Below are positions 13,484 through 29,200 of a DNA stretch of 64,000 nt, one piece after another. The DNA is from Nemertoderma westbladi (Eukaryota > Animalia > Xenacoelomorpha): the NCBI GenBank assembly GCA_032718475.1, contig JAUCBJ010006985.1:33445-97444 (forward strand). Reading direction: 5' to 3'. Position 1 is the stretch's first letter, and each line of letters begins with the position of its first letter. The position numbers and the translations under genes were made by a program. The notes under the pieces are model-generated. The model worked only from the letters and a program-made list of their open reading frames with translations, did no database searches and had not been told where the DNA came from.

Positions 13484-13747
13484 GATAAGGGGGGGGGGGG
13501 GGGGGGGGGACTAGACGTAATAAAAAAGTCATCCCTCTCCAGCGGAAATTGGGCGCAAATGACAGCTGATTACTCTCAAAAATTAAACTGTAACCTGTTG
13601 TGATTAGTTTATTGTTTTGGTTAACATGTCGTGCCAGCTGTAACCTGATACTAAATTGCGATTTAACATTGAGGCGGGATATTAATTCGTCAAGATGGGA
13701 TTTGCGTTCAGTCCCACCCCCCCCCCCCCCCCCCCCCCCCATGTCTC
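13484..13747. mobile_element. MITE with poly-G/poly-C inverted arms, Mutator-like TSD
   Basis: Flanked by direct repeat TATCAGGTCA (13474-13483 and 13748-13757). Ends are GATAAG(n)ACT and AGTCCCAC(n)ATGTCTC. Confidence 0.6.
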
Positions 13748-15567
13748 TATCAGGTCAACCCTATCATCCGCGACGGGTTATAGATAAAATATATATAGAT
13801 GGTGAAGGTAATTTATAAATAGAGCAAGATTGTGGGATTTACACAAAGAAAACAGGCGATTAATTCATTTATTTTCACAATAATAAGAATTATTATGAAC
13901 TGAATGCTTCTAAGCTTTACTATGTAATTTGCTTTTTGCATTTCATTTAGGCTACTACTGGAATAACACTCACTTCATTTACAACATCTGCAGTAGCCTA
14001 ACAATGAAGCAGATGTATTGCAGTTTGTCGCATCGGGGCGTGTCTAGGTTTATTGATATACTTTATTTTACAGGTGGGAGGGTAGTAGAGATTCCAAAAA
14101 AAGTGTTAGGCATTGATTGGGAATTAAGTTTGGGTTTTATGCCAGATTGACGAGACTTATAAACTTGAGGTTTTAAATTGACTGCTATCTGATTTGCTAA
14201 ATTATTAGTCTCTAAGCAGTAAATAGTTGAATGCCGATTCTCTCCATCGATCATCGAACTAACTTTAAAACCAATTAAGTCAAAACCAGGTAGTCTCAGT
14301 AAAAACATAACAAATACGTTATAAAAAACTTATACATATTCCGATGGTGCGATTCCAAATAATTTCTTTTATGTAGGTAGTATATATAACAATATGAGCA
14401 CAATGTTAAACGAAAAGAAAGAAAGGTAACAATAACAGTACACATGACCTACTTACTTTATTATGAGCACAGTCATTAGTTGAGCATCAAAATATTAATA
14501 CCGCATACATCAGTAAAGTAAAGCAATGAATCAAAAAGAATATACCAAGGGTCCTTCCCTTTATACCTATCCAAAATGAGTAATTTATTAAAAATACTGA
14601 ACAATGGTATTTGTATATCATCCAGAAAAAAACGGTTTAGTATCTATTGTCTTTACATGGTACCAGATGACATACAAATTAGTCCATTTCTGAGCTTTTT
14701 CTTTCATTAAATGTGCTTTAGAGAAAGCCGAAGATAATTTAAATATAAAGACAGTTTGTAATATATATATATATCAAGAAGTCGTTTTCTAGAAATTAAG
14801 GATGTAAATAAATTATGTTTGAATAGATTTGAAATACTTATTGACAGACAACAAGTTTAAGATTGAGGGTAATGAATGAGGTATAAAAATTATATATTAA
14901 TTGAATGATACCGAATACGGATACTTTGTGAGAGAGACGGCCTCAACCATTAATAAAAATATGGTCTATCAAAATTAAAGGACACTCAGTCGGAAATATT
15001 TAGAGTGTATCGCAAGAATACTTTAAGAAACAAGGAAATATGGTGAAAAAAACATTGTATCGTGAATAAACGAAAAAAAAAACATTTGAATTTAATATTA
15101 TTATAATATAATAATAATATAATATTATAATAATATTATTATTAATATATAATTAAATAGCATGTACCAGTGCTATTTATAATTAAATTACTGATGTAAA
15201 AATATAATAATATTCAAATGTTTTTGTGTCGTTTCGACACGGTTATTTCAATTAACTGACTACCTGTAGCTGAATTTAACAATGTTATTAAGCAGATATT
15301 GAAGCTGAACTCTGAGCTTAGTAGTGAAGTTTCAGTTTTCAGACATATAATATACTACGCTACTCCAAATGTAATTACATAATATACCGGTACAGATACA
15401 AAAATAATAACATACAATAGACAATGTAAACGTATTACAGTTTGTTCGCTAAACAAAAGCAGTATGCGTAGTACGGATGGCAACATTAGACATCCATTTA
15501 AAAAAATCCGACACCGGCACCCATTCAAGCAGTTTTAGCAACCTTTTTTCGCAACGTAATTATAATA

Positions 15568-15850
15568 CCGTATTATACTCGAATTAACAGAGAGTTACAG
15601 ACACTGTAACACAATCCATTGTATACCTGAACCTGTCGTAGTATTTAATATACAGGTGTACAAAAACCAGTAATAAATATATACTTAATCTAAAATTTGT
15701 TAAATCTTCTGACATAATTGAAAATGGTTTAAACGCTAACGATATACAAAAGAAACGCCTATTGAATAGACCCCCCCCCCCCCCCACCCCTAATTTGGAA
15801 TTTATAAACAAATGAGCCTGGACGACGGACTATTATTCGAGGAAATACGG
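15568..15850. mobile_element. Tc1/mariner-type MITE (CCG...CGG termini, TA TSD)
   Basis: TA-CCGTATTATACTCGAAT at the left end and ATTCGAGGAAATACGG-TA at the right form imperfect TIRs. Confidence 0.6.
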
Positions 15851-16007
15851 TATTAAAATTAAAATGGAAAATAAGATTGTGTCATAACATTTATTACAAA
15901 TTAATGCAAACAATATAGATCTAAATAATCCCACAGTACGTAAACCAATCAACATTTCAAGTTACTTTTAATTACTGTTACCAAATATATAATATAATAA
16001 TGTTGTT

Positions 16008-16076
16008 GTATGTATGTATGTATGTATGTATGTATGTATGTATGTATGTATGTATGTATGTATGTATGTATGTATG
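16008..16076. repeat. (GTAT)n microsatellite
   Basis: About 17 perfect tetranucleotide units. Confidence 0.95.
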
Positions 16077-17208
16077 CATATTTAATATAAACTGGCATAT
16101 AATAATATTTGCAATTATAATCAATTGAACCAGAGCAAAATACTTTAAATTAAACGTGAATTCCAGTTTTATCAAATTTTGTTTCATCCATTTGCTCAAA
16201 ATTAATTTAATTTTAAGATTGACAAAAATTATTTTCTATATATTGTCGCACCGCATCCATTCTTGCAATTTTCGGTATTTGCTGGTACCTACCGCTGTAA
16301 AACTGGTCTTTCAAAGACTGTAAAACTTCTTCAAAAATTCATTGAAAAATGTCTGAGGGTGGTTCTAAAGTTGCATCTGAGCTCCGGGCGAGGCGAAATA
16401 TATACATAATATTCTAGAACACTACAAATATTAAGTATTAGGAAAAATGATGTTCTGGAATGTTTGTCTGAAAAATAGCCTCGCGCAGATGCTCAATAAA
16501 GCAACTTTCGAAAGGTTATATCTCGGATATTTCTCAACGAAAATAATTTTTTGCAGAATTTAACATCTTAATAAACTACCTTTCCATCAAATACAGAAAA
16601 TGACCAAGAATAATTAATAGGTGTGGTGCAATCGGTGCAGTGGTTTGAAAGCTAAAAATAAATTCTAATTGACCACAAAAAATAGGGGGCCAAACATATT
16701 TTTTAAAATAAGTTTAAAAATAAAAGTTCCTAAAATGATAACTAATTAATTGAGATTGTAGCATTCATACATGTATTATAATTTTATATTATAAACTTAT
16801 CAAAGTTAGTTAAATATTGTTGAGATTGTAGCATTTATACATACAATTATACATGTATTATAATATATTATAAACTTCTCACAGTTAGTTAAATATTGTT
16901 CAATAAAGGAACGATTTTGAGGGAACACATTCAAAACGAAAGCTATAACCCAACGGCATCCACGAAAGGACAATATTAATATAGGTGGCCCCGGTGAATA
17001 ATTTTTATTTTGGCACTGAACATTTAGTACAAGTACGAAACTTAGTTCGAAACCATATATACCTGCGAAGCCCTGTACAATGTCATATTATGTTATGTAT
17101 AAAACAATAGTTGAATTCCTTACTTAAAACATATATACTTAAATTAAAGTTAATTGAAGTTTAATAAAATATAGTACAGTGGGATATATAATATAATAAT
17201 CAAATTGG

Positions 17209-20200
17209 TTACGCAAACCCAAAACCCTCACTGCATTCGCTCGAGGCCATCGATAGCATGTGATGAAGTTTAGCATATGTTTCGTATGCAGGCAGGTCGA
17301 GTTGGTTGAAACAGGTGTGGGCCGCGGGTAGTCGGTCTGTGCTGCGATCATCGCGATGGATCTGGAACTTTTGGGGCCCGTTCATCCCCTCCAGATGGGC
17401 GAACCCTTGCAAGGGAACCTTGGACGTCCCGGTAACGAACTGAAGGAACTGGGCTCGTTCGCTCTGATCGAAGCTGCGTAACGCGCGCCAGAACCACTGC
17501 ACTTGCAGTGAGTTCACATCGTATTTGTGGTAAACAGTATTGGCGCGCAACTCTTCAATGTCAACATTAGGCAACCCAGATATCAATAACTCCAATTCCT
17601 GCTCATTGAATATCGAAATCAATCGCCTCGGTATAATGTCATAGAACCCCTCAAGGAAGCTGTTGATCTGCTGTCTGATAGCACCAGTCATTCGTTCTTG
17701 GCATACCAAACGGACGTAGTCTTTTTTGTTACTCTCAGTAACAACCACATTCCTGCCATTCGGAATGAGATCTCGAACGGTCGTCACTCCGAATTCCTCG
17801 ATCTCTGTCGAGAAGGTCAACTCGTAACCCAAATCTGATATGTGATGCTCTTGTAAGTAAACAAGCCCTTGATAGAAACTATAATCCTCTACCTCCATAT
17901 CAGTGTAGCGAACTGACTTACCGAGGATATGCTTGTAAAAACTCCTGGAGAAATAACATTCCAAGAGTTTGTCGTCCCAGATCGCCTTCGCGATCACGTG
18001 ACCCACAAATTTGAAGTAGCTAAGGTGGTTGGAGTTACAGTGTGATGAGGGATTTGGTACATACGTGACTCTATCTCCAGGAGAGGCACGAAACAATGCG
18101 TACATTGGGTTGAATATCTCGCGGGATATGATTAGGTACCACTCGCGTATAAGTCCACCAGCATCTTGCCCCTCCTCTCCGTCAAACACGATGTATAAGT
18201 GGTTCTTCCACTCCGCCGCCGATCGTCGATGGAGTTCACGGTAGCTATCCTCAAACACCTGGGAGCGTTTGATGTGTGTCACTTGCGACATATCCTCACG
18301 ACCATCATCCAAACGTTCCAATTCACTTCGGAAATAGCGACGCTTTACATCGAAATCTAAGAGTTTGGTATAGTTGGATAGAATTGCGAAAGGCCCTTCA
18401 CATAGACTGGCCTGACTCTGCCTGAGAATGTGATTGAGAACAACACGATGTGTCTCAGCGAATCTGAGAAATTTGAGAACATTTGGAGGATGAGGAGTTT
18501 GAGTCAATGATGACGATCCAGTTTGAGCATTATTTATAGGTTCTGTAGAACCAGCACCGGTGAAAGGATACGGTGAAAAAGCTTCGCCAGATGCTGGAGT
18601 GGAAGGACTGACATCGCCACCGAGTGGAAACAAACTCTCTGTCTCACTGGCCCGAGACACGGCTGAAGGCGCCCTCTGGTTGGATTTGATGCTACCTTGG
18701 GGTGCATGAACAAGAAAAAATGCCTCCATGGCTGGTTGCAGGAGCAGGACAGCATGTTGGTCAGGAAGCTTGCTGAGCAATGAAAGGCAGTCACTCAGTA
18801 AGTCCCACAAGGAAGCCAAATGTATTAAAGAGCTAAGCGGATGCAGATCGCCATTGGAGTTCATACGGGTTGAGGTTGATGACGTATTGGCAGAATCTTG
18901 AGTCTGTTCAACGATGACTGGAACCAGGTTTGTAGATTGCGAAGTTGAAGTGATTCCAGAACCAGATTCTGGTTGGGCCTGGCACCTGACTTCATTTGCA
19001 TTTATAACATTTGGTTGTGCTGGCATTCCGGCAGCCGCTCCAGACTGTTCCTGGTATAAATCGTTTGAGCGACTACTCGTAGTAACATTGTCTGGTATTA
19101 GGCGCTGACTTAATAATGGATAATCTCTCACCATCAGTTGCCTAATGTTATCATCATCTATCACAGAGGTATCACTGCTGATAACATTACTTTCCATCGC
19201 AGGAGTCGAACATATAGGAATTACATTTTCACCCTCCATGGTATGGTTATCATTATTACTGATTTGCGTGGTATTAACAATCGCTTCAGGATTTTCAAAT
19301 GCAAACGGCCTGCGAGCATGAATCTTCAGACTTAATATCTGCCTAACTAGTTCAATAACTTTAAAAGTTCTGAGCAATGCATTCTGACTTGAATAATTGC
19401 CAATAAGGTTTTTCATTGAAGGCAAACTAAGATCCGTATGCTTTGGCTTCGCAGTTTGATTCAATACAATTTTTTCGCCAGTATATTTATCCAGGATTAC
19501 TCCTCTTTCTAGAGTGGCATTTGATGTATCCACATTGTCATCTTCTTGACTCCCTTTCTCCACATAGCTAGTGAGTTCACTTCTAAAATCACTGAGATGG
19601 CCGCAAAGTGACATTCCTACAACATGAACCCCTTCTAGAAGCAAGCCATGGACAAGTTCCGAGTATGACTCATCCAAATCGCAAAATCGAATGAGAATAT
19701 TTGTAACATCAACAAGACCATTAGAACTGCATGACTGGGAGGTTAAAACTTCGACACATAAACGGATATGATTTTTAAATGATTCTCCGAAACCAATAAA
19801 CTTCACCCGGTAAAGTTTAAATTGTTTACTTACAGTTGACAGAACTTTAACAAGTTTGTCCATGAGAGCTTTATCTTCACAAAATAAAGGGTGATCTAAA
19901 AGAAGCACCATCTTGCTAAACAAACAATGAATTACATCATTTGGTTGGGAACTATCAGTCTCTCCAGGTTGGGAAACACTATGTGACTTACCAAAATGCT
20001 TTGATTTTTTTCCTGATGATGTATTTTCTAATCTGAGTAAGTAATCCCAGAAATCAGAATATAATTCACCCTTTGAATGGATGGTGACACTGGGATTTCT
20101 TGAACTACCTTTGACAGTTGAATATTTGGAAGAACTGTTTTCTGGTTTTGGCATATTCTTCGTATTGGCAACTTGCATATCAGGTAAAAAGTAATGAGGA

Positions 20201-23200
20201 AAAGTAGAAGACAACGAAGCCAGCATGTTGAGAACATTATGACATACTGCAAGGTGACAATGGGGATGCAATGTGATAACTTTTTCTGCATCCTGAATTT
20301 TCTTATTGGGATCATAGGTTATTCTAAAAACAGAAGTTTTGATACCTGGAGTGTTATTAGTATAAATCTTTAACCATGATGGTTGGGAAGCAGTATTTAC
20401 AAGATAACTATTAGAATCCGAATGGGTTTTAATCAATATCGAATATAGGGTTATGAGTATCCATTTCGCCGTTGCAGGATGATGGCTAATTTGACTCATG
20501 ATCCGCTCTAAACGTCCAATATTCAATTTAGTCTCACGTAAAAACAGAAGCAATATAAGGCAAGATAGTGCTTCATGGTCTAATAGTGGTTTTCCTTGGG
20601 GGGCCGAAGCAGAATAGTCATGCGTTTTGGCACCAAAAAGCCCCCTTCCCCTTCCATAACCTAATGAACCAATTCTTAATCTGCCTGAACCTCTAATAGG
20701 CCTATGATGAGTACGACCACCGCTTAATGCATAGCGACCAAACAATGCCCTTGGATCATGAAATATTCTATGCCTATCATCGTCATCCTGCATCATTAGC
20801 CTTGATTCCTCGTGTCTTAATAATCGAGCTTCTTCAGATATTTCATCAGGCAACACATCTAACACTGAGTCATCCATATCGGATAAAACAGTCTGCCTCA
20901 ATGATGGTGGTAAATCGCGAATAAATTGGGCTGGGTCAAACATTACATCTTGACTAAGTCTTGCAGCTTGTTCTTGCGCCAAAATTTCACTTTGAATGTT
21001 TACAGGAAGGGCAGCCAAAAATTCAGGACTAACATGGGGAAGATTCCCAGCATGACTACTAGTCGCACCAATGCCCGAGGGACCAGCACCACTGAGTGAT
21101 GTTGTTCCTAACTGCTGAAGAAGTACTTCTTCACGGATCTCATCAGGCAATGCAGCCAGAAAAGAGGGGTCCACACCTTCTGGGCAAACTGACACTGAGG
21201 ATATAGCTGATGTTGATACAGGAGTAGTCATCACATTAACCGATGTCGATGGTTCAGATACAATAGATACCGATGCAGCCTCCATTTGTCGCAAGGGGGG
21301 AACTGGGAGTGTAGAAGTGGAAGAGGCTGTTGATGTTGCAATTAGAGAGACATCTGCAACTCCATTTTGATTGTCTGTTATAATTGCAAGCGGTTGTCCA
21401 TGTCCACTTTCAGCAATAGATGTGGCTGGGTTAGTAGTGGTTGGACTGTCTAAAGTAACATTGCGATTAGATGCTAGACCCAAGGAATCCCTATCCATAT
21501 TATCAACATTTTCGCTTGAAGGAAGTCCTGGTAAGTCAACTTGCACATCATCCTCTTTTACTGGTACACTGCATGGAGTTTCACAGCTCCACGTGACAGA
21601 CAAGTTCGTTGGTGAGGAATTAAAAACACCTGGATGGGTTCGAGTGGATGAAATTGGAGAAGAATTACAAGAGAACCAGGACTCTTCTGTACTGCCTGAT
21701 AAATTTGGCTCTATAGGGAAACTTGAATTATTGCCACTTCCGTTTGAAACGAGATTGCTCATTACCGGTATAGAGTCCTTTGCCATCATAACAGTTTGAT
21801 TATCGCCACCCAAACTTTGAGACAATGGAATAGGAGTACTGGTGCTATTCGTACTATTAGTTTGCATGACACCATGCTCTAATGGGGTAACAACGTTGTC
21901 CACAACCCCATGGGCCACATCCATTGTACCTGCAGATGCACCTACAAATAGTGGCTCTGAAATCACAGTTTTCTTCTTTGAGAGTGAATCATGTTCTGAT
22001 GCACTAGAAGTATCTGCGGTATTAGTTTTATTGATTTCACTTTGTCGTTGTTCCGCAATTGAAGTATATAACTTTGCATACTGCTGGCTCCATTCATCGC
22101 CTCGAATCTTATTTAAATGAGGAATTATCTGTAGTTTACAAATAGACATACAATCATGCATTGATAATGGACCATCAAGTGAAATTGATTCTTGTAGCCA
22201 TCTTGACATGTGTGATGGACAAATACTGCTTTGCGAAGGTGAAGGAGATGAAAAATCACCAATTCCATCCAAAGGAAAATAGTAGTCAGAAGAAGATGGA
22301 TTGTGAAAATCAGCGGGATTATGTTGATCACTGACATATATGCGGACCTGACTCGCCAATCTATTGCTAGTCAACTGCATAATTTCTGCAGCTGCATTTT
22401 CGCCTAACAAACGTTGCAAAAATGGTGGGGCACTAGCTGGTTGGGCACCATGAGGGACTTGAAATGTGTGAGTTAAAGTATTATTTCCAGATGGCCTGGC
22501 AGCAATGCGATTTTGATTGTCTTCAATGGTGGAATGGTGGAGGAGTGGGTGGGTTGCGAGTGGCATTGCACTGGGGAGTGGGTCCCGATCAATGAGGCCA
22601 AACATAGGTTCTTGCTCTAATCCATGACCAGCTTGATGTCGCTGTCGTGTTAATCCACTACCAAGTGCAATTCGAGACAAATAGGACATTGGGTGATTTG
22701 ACTGGAGAATTCCATGCATATCATGATTCGGCCATACATCGTCAGAAAATGGTAAATCAATTTGATGAAATCTTCCCGAATGCGACTGTGGAGGTGGATT
22801 ATCAAGTTGAAAAGTATCATCTGCTTCATCATTATCCATTGTCGACCCACCATGTGATTCCCCATCAATATCATCACCACCCATGTCAGCATCTTCATCA
22901 TCATCTTCTTCCTCTGTGTCCTCCTCCTCATCATCTTCATCATCAACTTCATCATCGATATCCATATCATCATCATTTTGCATTGTACCCTCAACTGCTT
23001 GATAACCATCCTGGTCTTCAGATTGCTCATCGAATACAGACATTTCTGTGTCAACTAATTGCATGACATCATCTTCAGCATCTATTTGAGGCACATTACC
23101 ATGCGAATCATCTAGATTGCCGACACTGTTAACATCATTTTCGGTTTGTGGTTGATTGTTACTTTGTGTATCTGCCCATTGTGATTCATGCCTCCCACTA

Positions 23201-26200
23201 GAAGCCATGTTTATTGATTCTGGTCGAGATTGACTCTCTGTTTGCCTCACATGACTCATTGTATGATTGGTGACCTTTGTGAGAATTTCAATTGGTTTTA
23301 AAACAGAATTGACTGTCGCAACAAAATATGGAGAAGTCAAATCCAAATTATGAACAACATGAACTAAATCATTCAATAAGCCTTTCTTTATGATCAGTCT
23401 CCCAATAGTCACTAACAAGTACTGCCGCCTTGAAGATGCTGAGGAAGACAACCCCATCCTGCAACTCTCTATGATAGAATGTAATAGATCTGCAAATGCA
23501 GCTATTCTGTCATATTTGTCTCTGCTATCTGGCAATCCAGTGACTCTATTAAATGAATTCTTTACCTCTTGAACTAACATGTTTTGTGTCTCTGTACAGT
23601 TACAAATAGCCAATGTAGCAATAAAAAGCTGTAACCCACTGACAACATATTTATCAGTGCTCATCAAATAAGAATCAAGCAAATATGCAAGAATACATTT
23701 AGAACCGCTGCAAACAAAGTTATGTTTCACAATTACTAAAGCAGCTGCATCATATGAAACAACTAACTCGGATAAAAATCTGAGTATAGTACCTTTAGAT
23801 AGCATTGGTTTATTCATTGCCTCTGTATTTACATTTAGAACCTGAACTTTCTCTGTTACATTATTCTGAATTATAGAATCTTGACTCACTACAGTGATGC
23901 CATATTTTAAATCAGAATGCGTTGATGCTTGTTGACTAGTACCAGTCTTCTCACTACAACAACCAGCATCCATATTCTCATCAGTATGAACAAGAGAGTT
24001 TACAAGTTCCTCAATAAGTTGGACAATTACTTTATAATGACTTGAATTTGTATTCAATGGTAATGTCTTTGTTTGGGGTACAATCCGCAGAATGTTAGGA
24101 GTTGTAGAATATGGAAATTTACCATCTAATGTTCCAACGAGAGGAGATGGCACAAATAACTTCAAGTTCTTCTTTGCAACTTCAATAAATGTATCTTGAT
24201 CCCGACAGGCTAATGGAGCTAAGGTTCTAATTATATAATGTATTTCCTTTGCCATTGAGGAATCAATTGTGGCTCCATATGATGCGTTACTAGTCTGACC
24301 TGTCACAACAGAACGGATAACAGATTCCATGGCAGTTTCAATACTACTCTTGTCTTCAGCAATATGACGTAGCAGCAATATAGCTAAAGTATCAAATTCC
24401 ACTAAGCCACTCTTGTGAGACAATGAGAGTAATTTTTTAACACCCCCCATTCTAAGAAATGTGCAAGAAGACTGATAGTCACGTGTAATTCTAAGACATA
24501 ATCGCAGTACAGTAGCTAATGTAACATTGTCAGTCGATTGCGATATAAGGTGGATGCATATAGTTAAACATGCTGCAATATCTGAGCTTGATAAACCAGT
24601 TAAAGCTGAAGTACAAAAAGTGGGAACTTTATCAGCTATTTGGTTGGAATTACTAGTCTTGGATGCAACTTGAGGAGGCTTTGTATCAGTATTCAATGCT
24701 CTTTGACCATCGAGGCCACTACCAACTTCACTGTGAGATTGTGTGTCGATATCAGATATATCAGTCACACCATCAGATTCATCATCACATAACGACTTTA
24801 GTTCAAGCATTACAGCTTTCTTAGAATTCGAATCATTAATCTGAAACATTTTCTGAAAGTTAATTGTATATTTTCGCGGCCCACTCTTTAGCTGCACTGT
24901 TGACTCACCAGCTCGATATGCCTTATTAATTAAGTCATTTGATTGATCAGTGTATGGTATCCACTTGCCACTTCTGTCATCGAAATGCTTCCAAATTTGA
25001 GATTCTTGCTGAAGAATGAATTCTCGCCTAGTAGATGCAGTAAAAGACTTTTGATACAAGTCTAGTAATAGTAAAATCAAAGGCAACCATTTAGGAGTTG
25101 ATGACTCCTTTGCAAGATTACTCACCAGATAATCACTAGCTAAAGAAACCAAGTTTATCAAAGATTTAATAATGCCAGAATTTTCTAAGATTGCTGGGCA
25201 ATATTTATTGTCTTCAAAAAGTAAGCAAGCCAAATGCAAGCGAGATGTCAAAACCTTTGCATCTAGAAAGCCATCAGGAGATATTAGTTGAGAAGGTTCT
25301 GATGCTAAAATATCTTTTATTTCATTAAATAATGTTAAATAATATGTTTCACGCCAGGAATAACCATTTCTGGAAGCAACTACCTGCATCAAATCACATA
25401 TTTTATAAACGGTTTCTGGATCATCATCTAGAATTCGAAGGCACCCAGTTAGAATATTAAATGAAAAATTGTTTGCATCATCGGGATTTATAGGGTCTAC
25501 AACCATCCCTTTTAAATCTGCCTGTAAAATAGATTGCAGTTCATTTGATGGCATAAATGCAGTTGCCGTGGAGCTAGTAGCATCTGTATTAGACGATTGA
25601 GCCAAGGAGAGACGAATAGCTTGCATGAGATCACCACCAAGAATAGGATTATAGACATCTTGATGCAGAGATACTCGTTGAGATTGTTGAGATGCACTAA
25701 CATGTGTAACCAGCCAATCAACGGCAGCTTCCAAAGATTGGCAATGAATAAGAGCATCAACAGCTTGGCTATTCGTAAATCCCATATCCATAAGATATTT
25801 TAAATGATCTTGATCAATATCTGGAACTTGGTGATTGCTAGCTTCTGGTTTACCTTTCGCACTTTTGAAATGTTCTTGTAAAGTAGATTCTCCCCTATAA
25901 ATATGGGTTATGATAGAAAGTAGGCGATTATAAGTTACTGTTTTCAATTTCCCATTAGTACATTCATGCCAAATACTTTTTAAGAAAGAAAAAGCATGTT
26001 TATGCATAATAATGGTAAATTTCACAGGGTCGAAGTGAGCTTTATTGCTGCCTGGAACAGAATCTAAAGAATGAGGAGTGTCTCGAGATGTATTTAAATT
26101 CACAAGTTTATCTAAAAGTTCAGCCCAGATGTCTAGAAAATCAAGAGTTCCTTCAGGAAGGTCCATGATGTTAAAATCATCAACACTGCTATCTTTAGGT

Positions 26201-29200
26201 GTTAGAGCCCACTTTATCAGGTCAAAGAATATTTCGTGACAACCAGACATAACAAACTGGAGCAACATTAATTGAAATGGGTTGTTATTATCATCAAAAA
26301 GTATTGATGAAATAAATCCTAAAGAGCATCCACAAAGGACTAAACGGAATTTCGTGTGGGGAACTTCTACACCGCTCATAGCAGATGCTAAACAATTTTT
26401 AGCTATATACCCAAGTGCCAACGTAAGATTCAATCCTGCCTGAGTTGGAATAAAGGGTAGGGGTTGTACATTGCGTCTCTGTCTAACTGGTGAGCCAACA
26501 CAAAGCTTAACTATCAGACCAAATAACTCCAAAATACTTTTACTTAATCGAGAAACAATTATCAGTAGAGGTTTAACAATATTGAATTGACCTGCCTGCT
26601 GTGGATTTAAGGTTTCCTTTAAGTGTTTACATACTTCATCAACATTCAAAACCTGAAGGTTGAGATGTGGATTGCTTGCACTTCCATCTGTCCCTGGGGT
26701 GACAGTTTCAACCAAAGGTGATGAACCACTTTGACACAAAGCTTCAAGGTCAGAAACACCCAATTTCAAATCATCAGGAAGAGAACCTGGTGTAAATATG
26801 GCATGAATAATCGAACTCTCACGCACTAAGGTTAAATATAATGAAACTAATTTTGTTAAAACTTCAACACTTTGTACAGAATTCCAGTGATTTATTGAAA
26901 TATTTCGCAACTCAGTGACTCCAGCACGGCATGTATGAATAAACATTGACACAAATGCCTGCACAGCTCCAAGTTTATTTACCATCACGTTTTCGGAGCA
27001 TGCCAACTCATGAATCAAAAACGTAGAATTTGCAGGAGACAAAGAATGAATTGGTTGTAGATCTATCAATAAGGAAGATAATTCCGTGACACTACAAGCT
27101 AAAACCTGTGGATCGCGACACAATGTAAAGGTAGACTTACAAACAACTGCTACCTCACCACAAGCTGCAGATGAGGAAAAATCATGGGGTAAGTTTGTCA
27201 TTGCAAGCAGTTTTACTAGGGGTACAAGTCCGCCTTGTTTTAGAAATTCCTTACAGTGATCATCGGTGTTATTGTGATGAATTGTTGCACCAATGAACTT
27301 GATTACGTTTAAAACAAAATCAACCAGAGGAATAGGCACACGAGCATTGACAGACTGATATGAGACTGATTTAGGTGAGAGTTTCTCATATTTTTCGGCA
27401 TCGACACTGACCTCATTATCATTATCATGGCCATCAAAGTCTTCATCATCACTTAGGTTTGCTGACATAGGAATCGCACTTGAAAACTTTGATGCCTTGA
27501 CACATATATACTTATCACTATTACCCAATTTCAGCAAATCGTTGATCAATTTTATCATTGCTTCTATAGCATGGGGTCTAAGTGACGGCTGGTGGCGAAT
27601 AAGCTCATCTATACCAGACCCCAGGGCAAAGGCTCCATCTGTGATTGACTCTGAAGATTTACGACTTTTGAGAGCAGGAAGGTAAATAGGATTGATGAGA
27701 ATACCGAACAGGGTATTGAAAGGTTTCAGTTTAGTCACAGCCTCAAGCCCATTGGCATTGAGGCACAGTCCACTGAGAATGTTAGGAAGTGAAGAAATTA
27801 CATCTCGGTGAGGGAGTATGGAGTGGTCAAATATGCTTGATAGCATAATATTGGTTAAGCCATTTGATTGAAGTGATGACAAAAGAGAGGGCTCCTGGAA
27901 TATGAACTGGGTTGTCATATCTAATGAGAGCAAGTAGAGAGAAGAGCCATAGTATCTCTGATTGCTCATTAGGTGAGTCATGCTGGAGAATAAGCTGGTG
28001 TCAATTAAATTACGAATTAAGTCATTGAAAGCAGGATCTGCAATTATCTTCTTCAAAAAGTTTAATATTGACTTCAATAAAGCTGCTCGTTGGGGATAGC
28101 AAACTTTACATGAAGACTCTACGTCCTTAGACCCTCCTTGTAAAGCAACAGTCTCACTATTGTCTGACACATTACCCCCATTCATGACATCCATTGGTGT
28201 TTCAACTTCATCTTTAGCCCTAGCAGGATCCTTAAGGCTTGATCCTGATACCTGTTTCCTGCAAAAAGTCAGTTCATATTCTATACGACTAATAAGAACA
28301 GTAACTCCATTATTCGATTTAAAGGACTGCACATCCAGTGTTGTAATGAGATCGAGAATTCTCACGGCTCGGGTAACATATGTAGTGTGAATGAGTTCAT
28401 CACCAGAGAAATTAATGATTTTAATCAATGGTGCTGTCAATCCACACGATGCAAGGGTTTCACCACCATTATCATAGGAAGCCAAGTGATAAAGAAATGA
28501 GAACAAACTAGTAGCAAATGACTGGTGGAGTGGGGTAGTTGTTGAAGGATTAACCATAGAATTTACTGTAATCCTCAAACATGAGGGAAGAAATCCATGA
28601 TAAGAAGCAGCCCCTGTACTGTTTGTGATGTCGGCTAAATGGGCATGTTCATCAAGATGGATTATGGCAGTTAATGTCCTCAATATACATGCTTTGATAT
28701 CCCAAAGTCGGTCATCCTCCAGTTGTAAAGCATCAGTGAACTCAGCGATGAGACCATTGTATATTATATTTGGTGAAATTTCAATAAACGAATGGCAATA
28801 AACAACAATTGCAATTGAAGTCACCCGACAAAGGCAATGCTGGACACGTTTTTCTGGATTTTTGAAATCCCTCGCAATTCGAAGCAAATTAATGAGTTCT
28901 GAAAACTCAGTAGGAGCTTCAAGGTCTAATTTACCATATAGGTCTGCCAAGGTAGTTTTTATAAATTCATTATTGACATGAGTTGCAAAAACTTCATTGT
29001 TTAATGTTTTGCAAACATATTTAATGGAAGAGACGGAATCTGGCATGTCAGATGATAATTGGCAACACCTTGCAAGATCAAAACCAGCTGGTTTTCCTCC
29101 CCAACTAGATGCCAGTAAGGACACCTTTGAGATAAGCAATTGTCGTTTCTCATTCACCAGTCGATTAATCACATTAGACCTTTTGCTGAATACAAACAAC

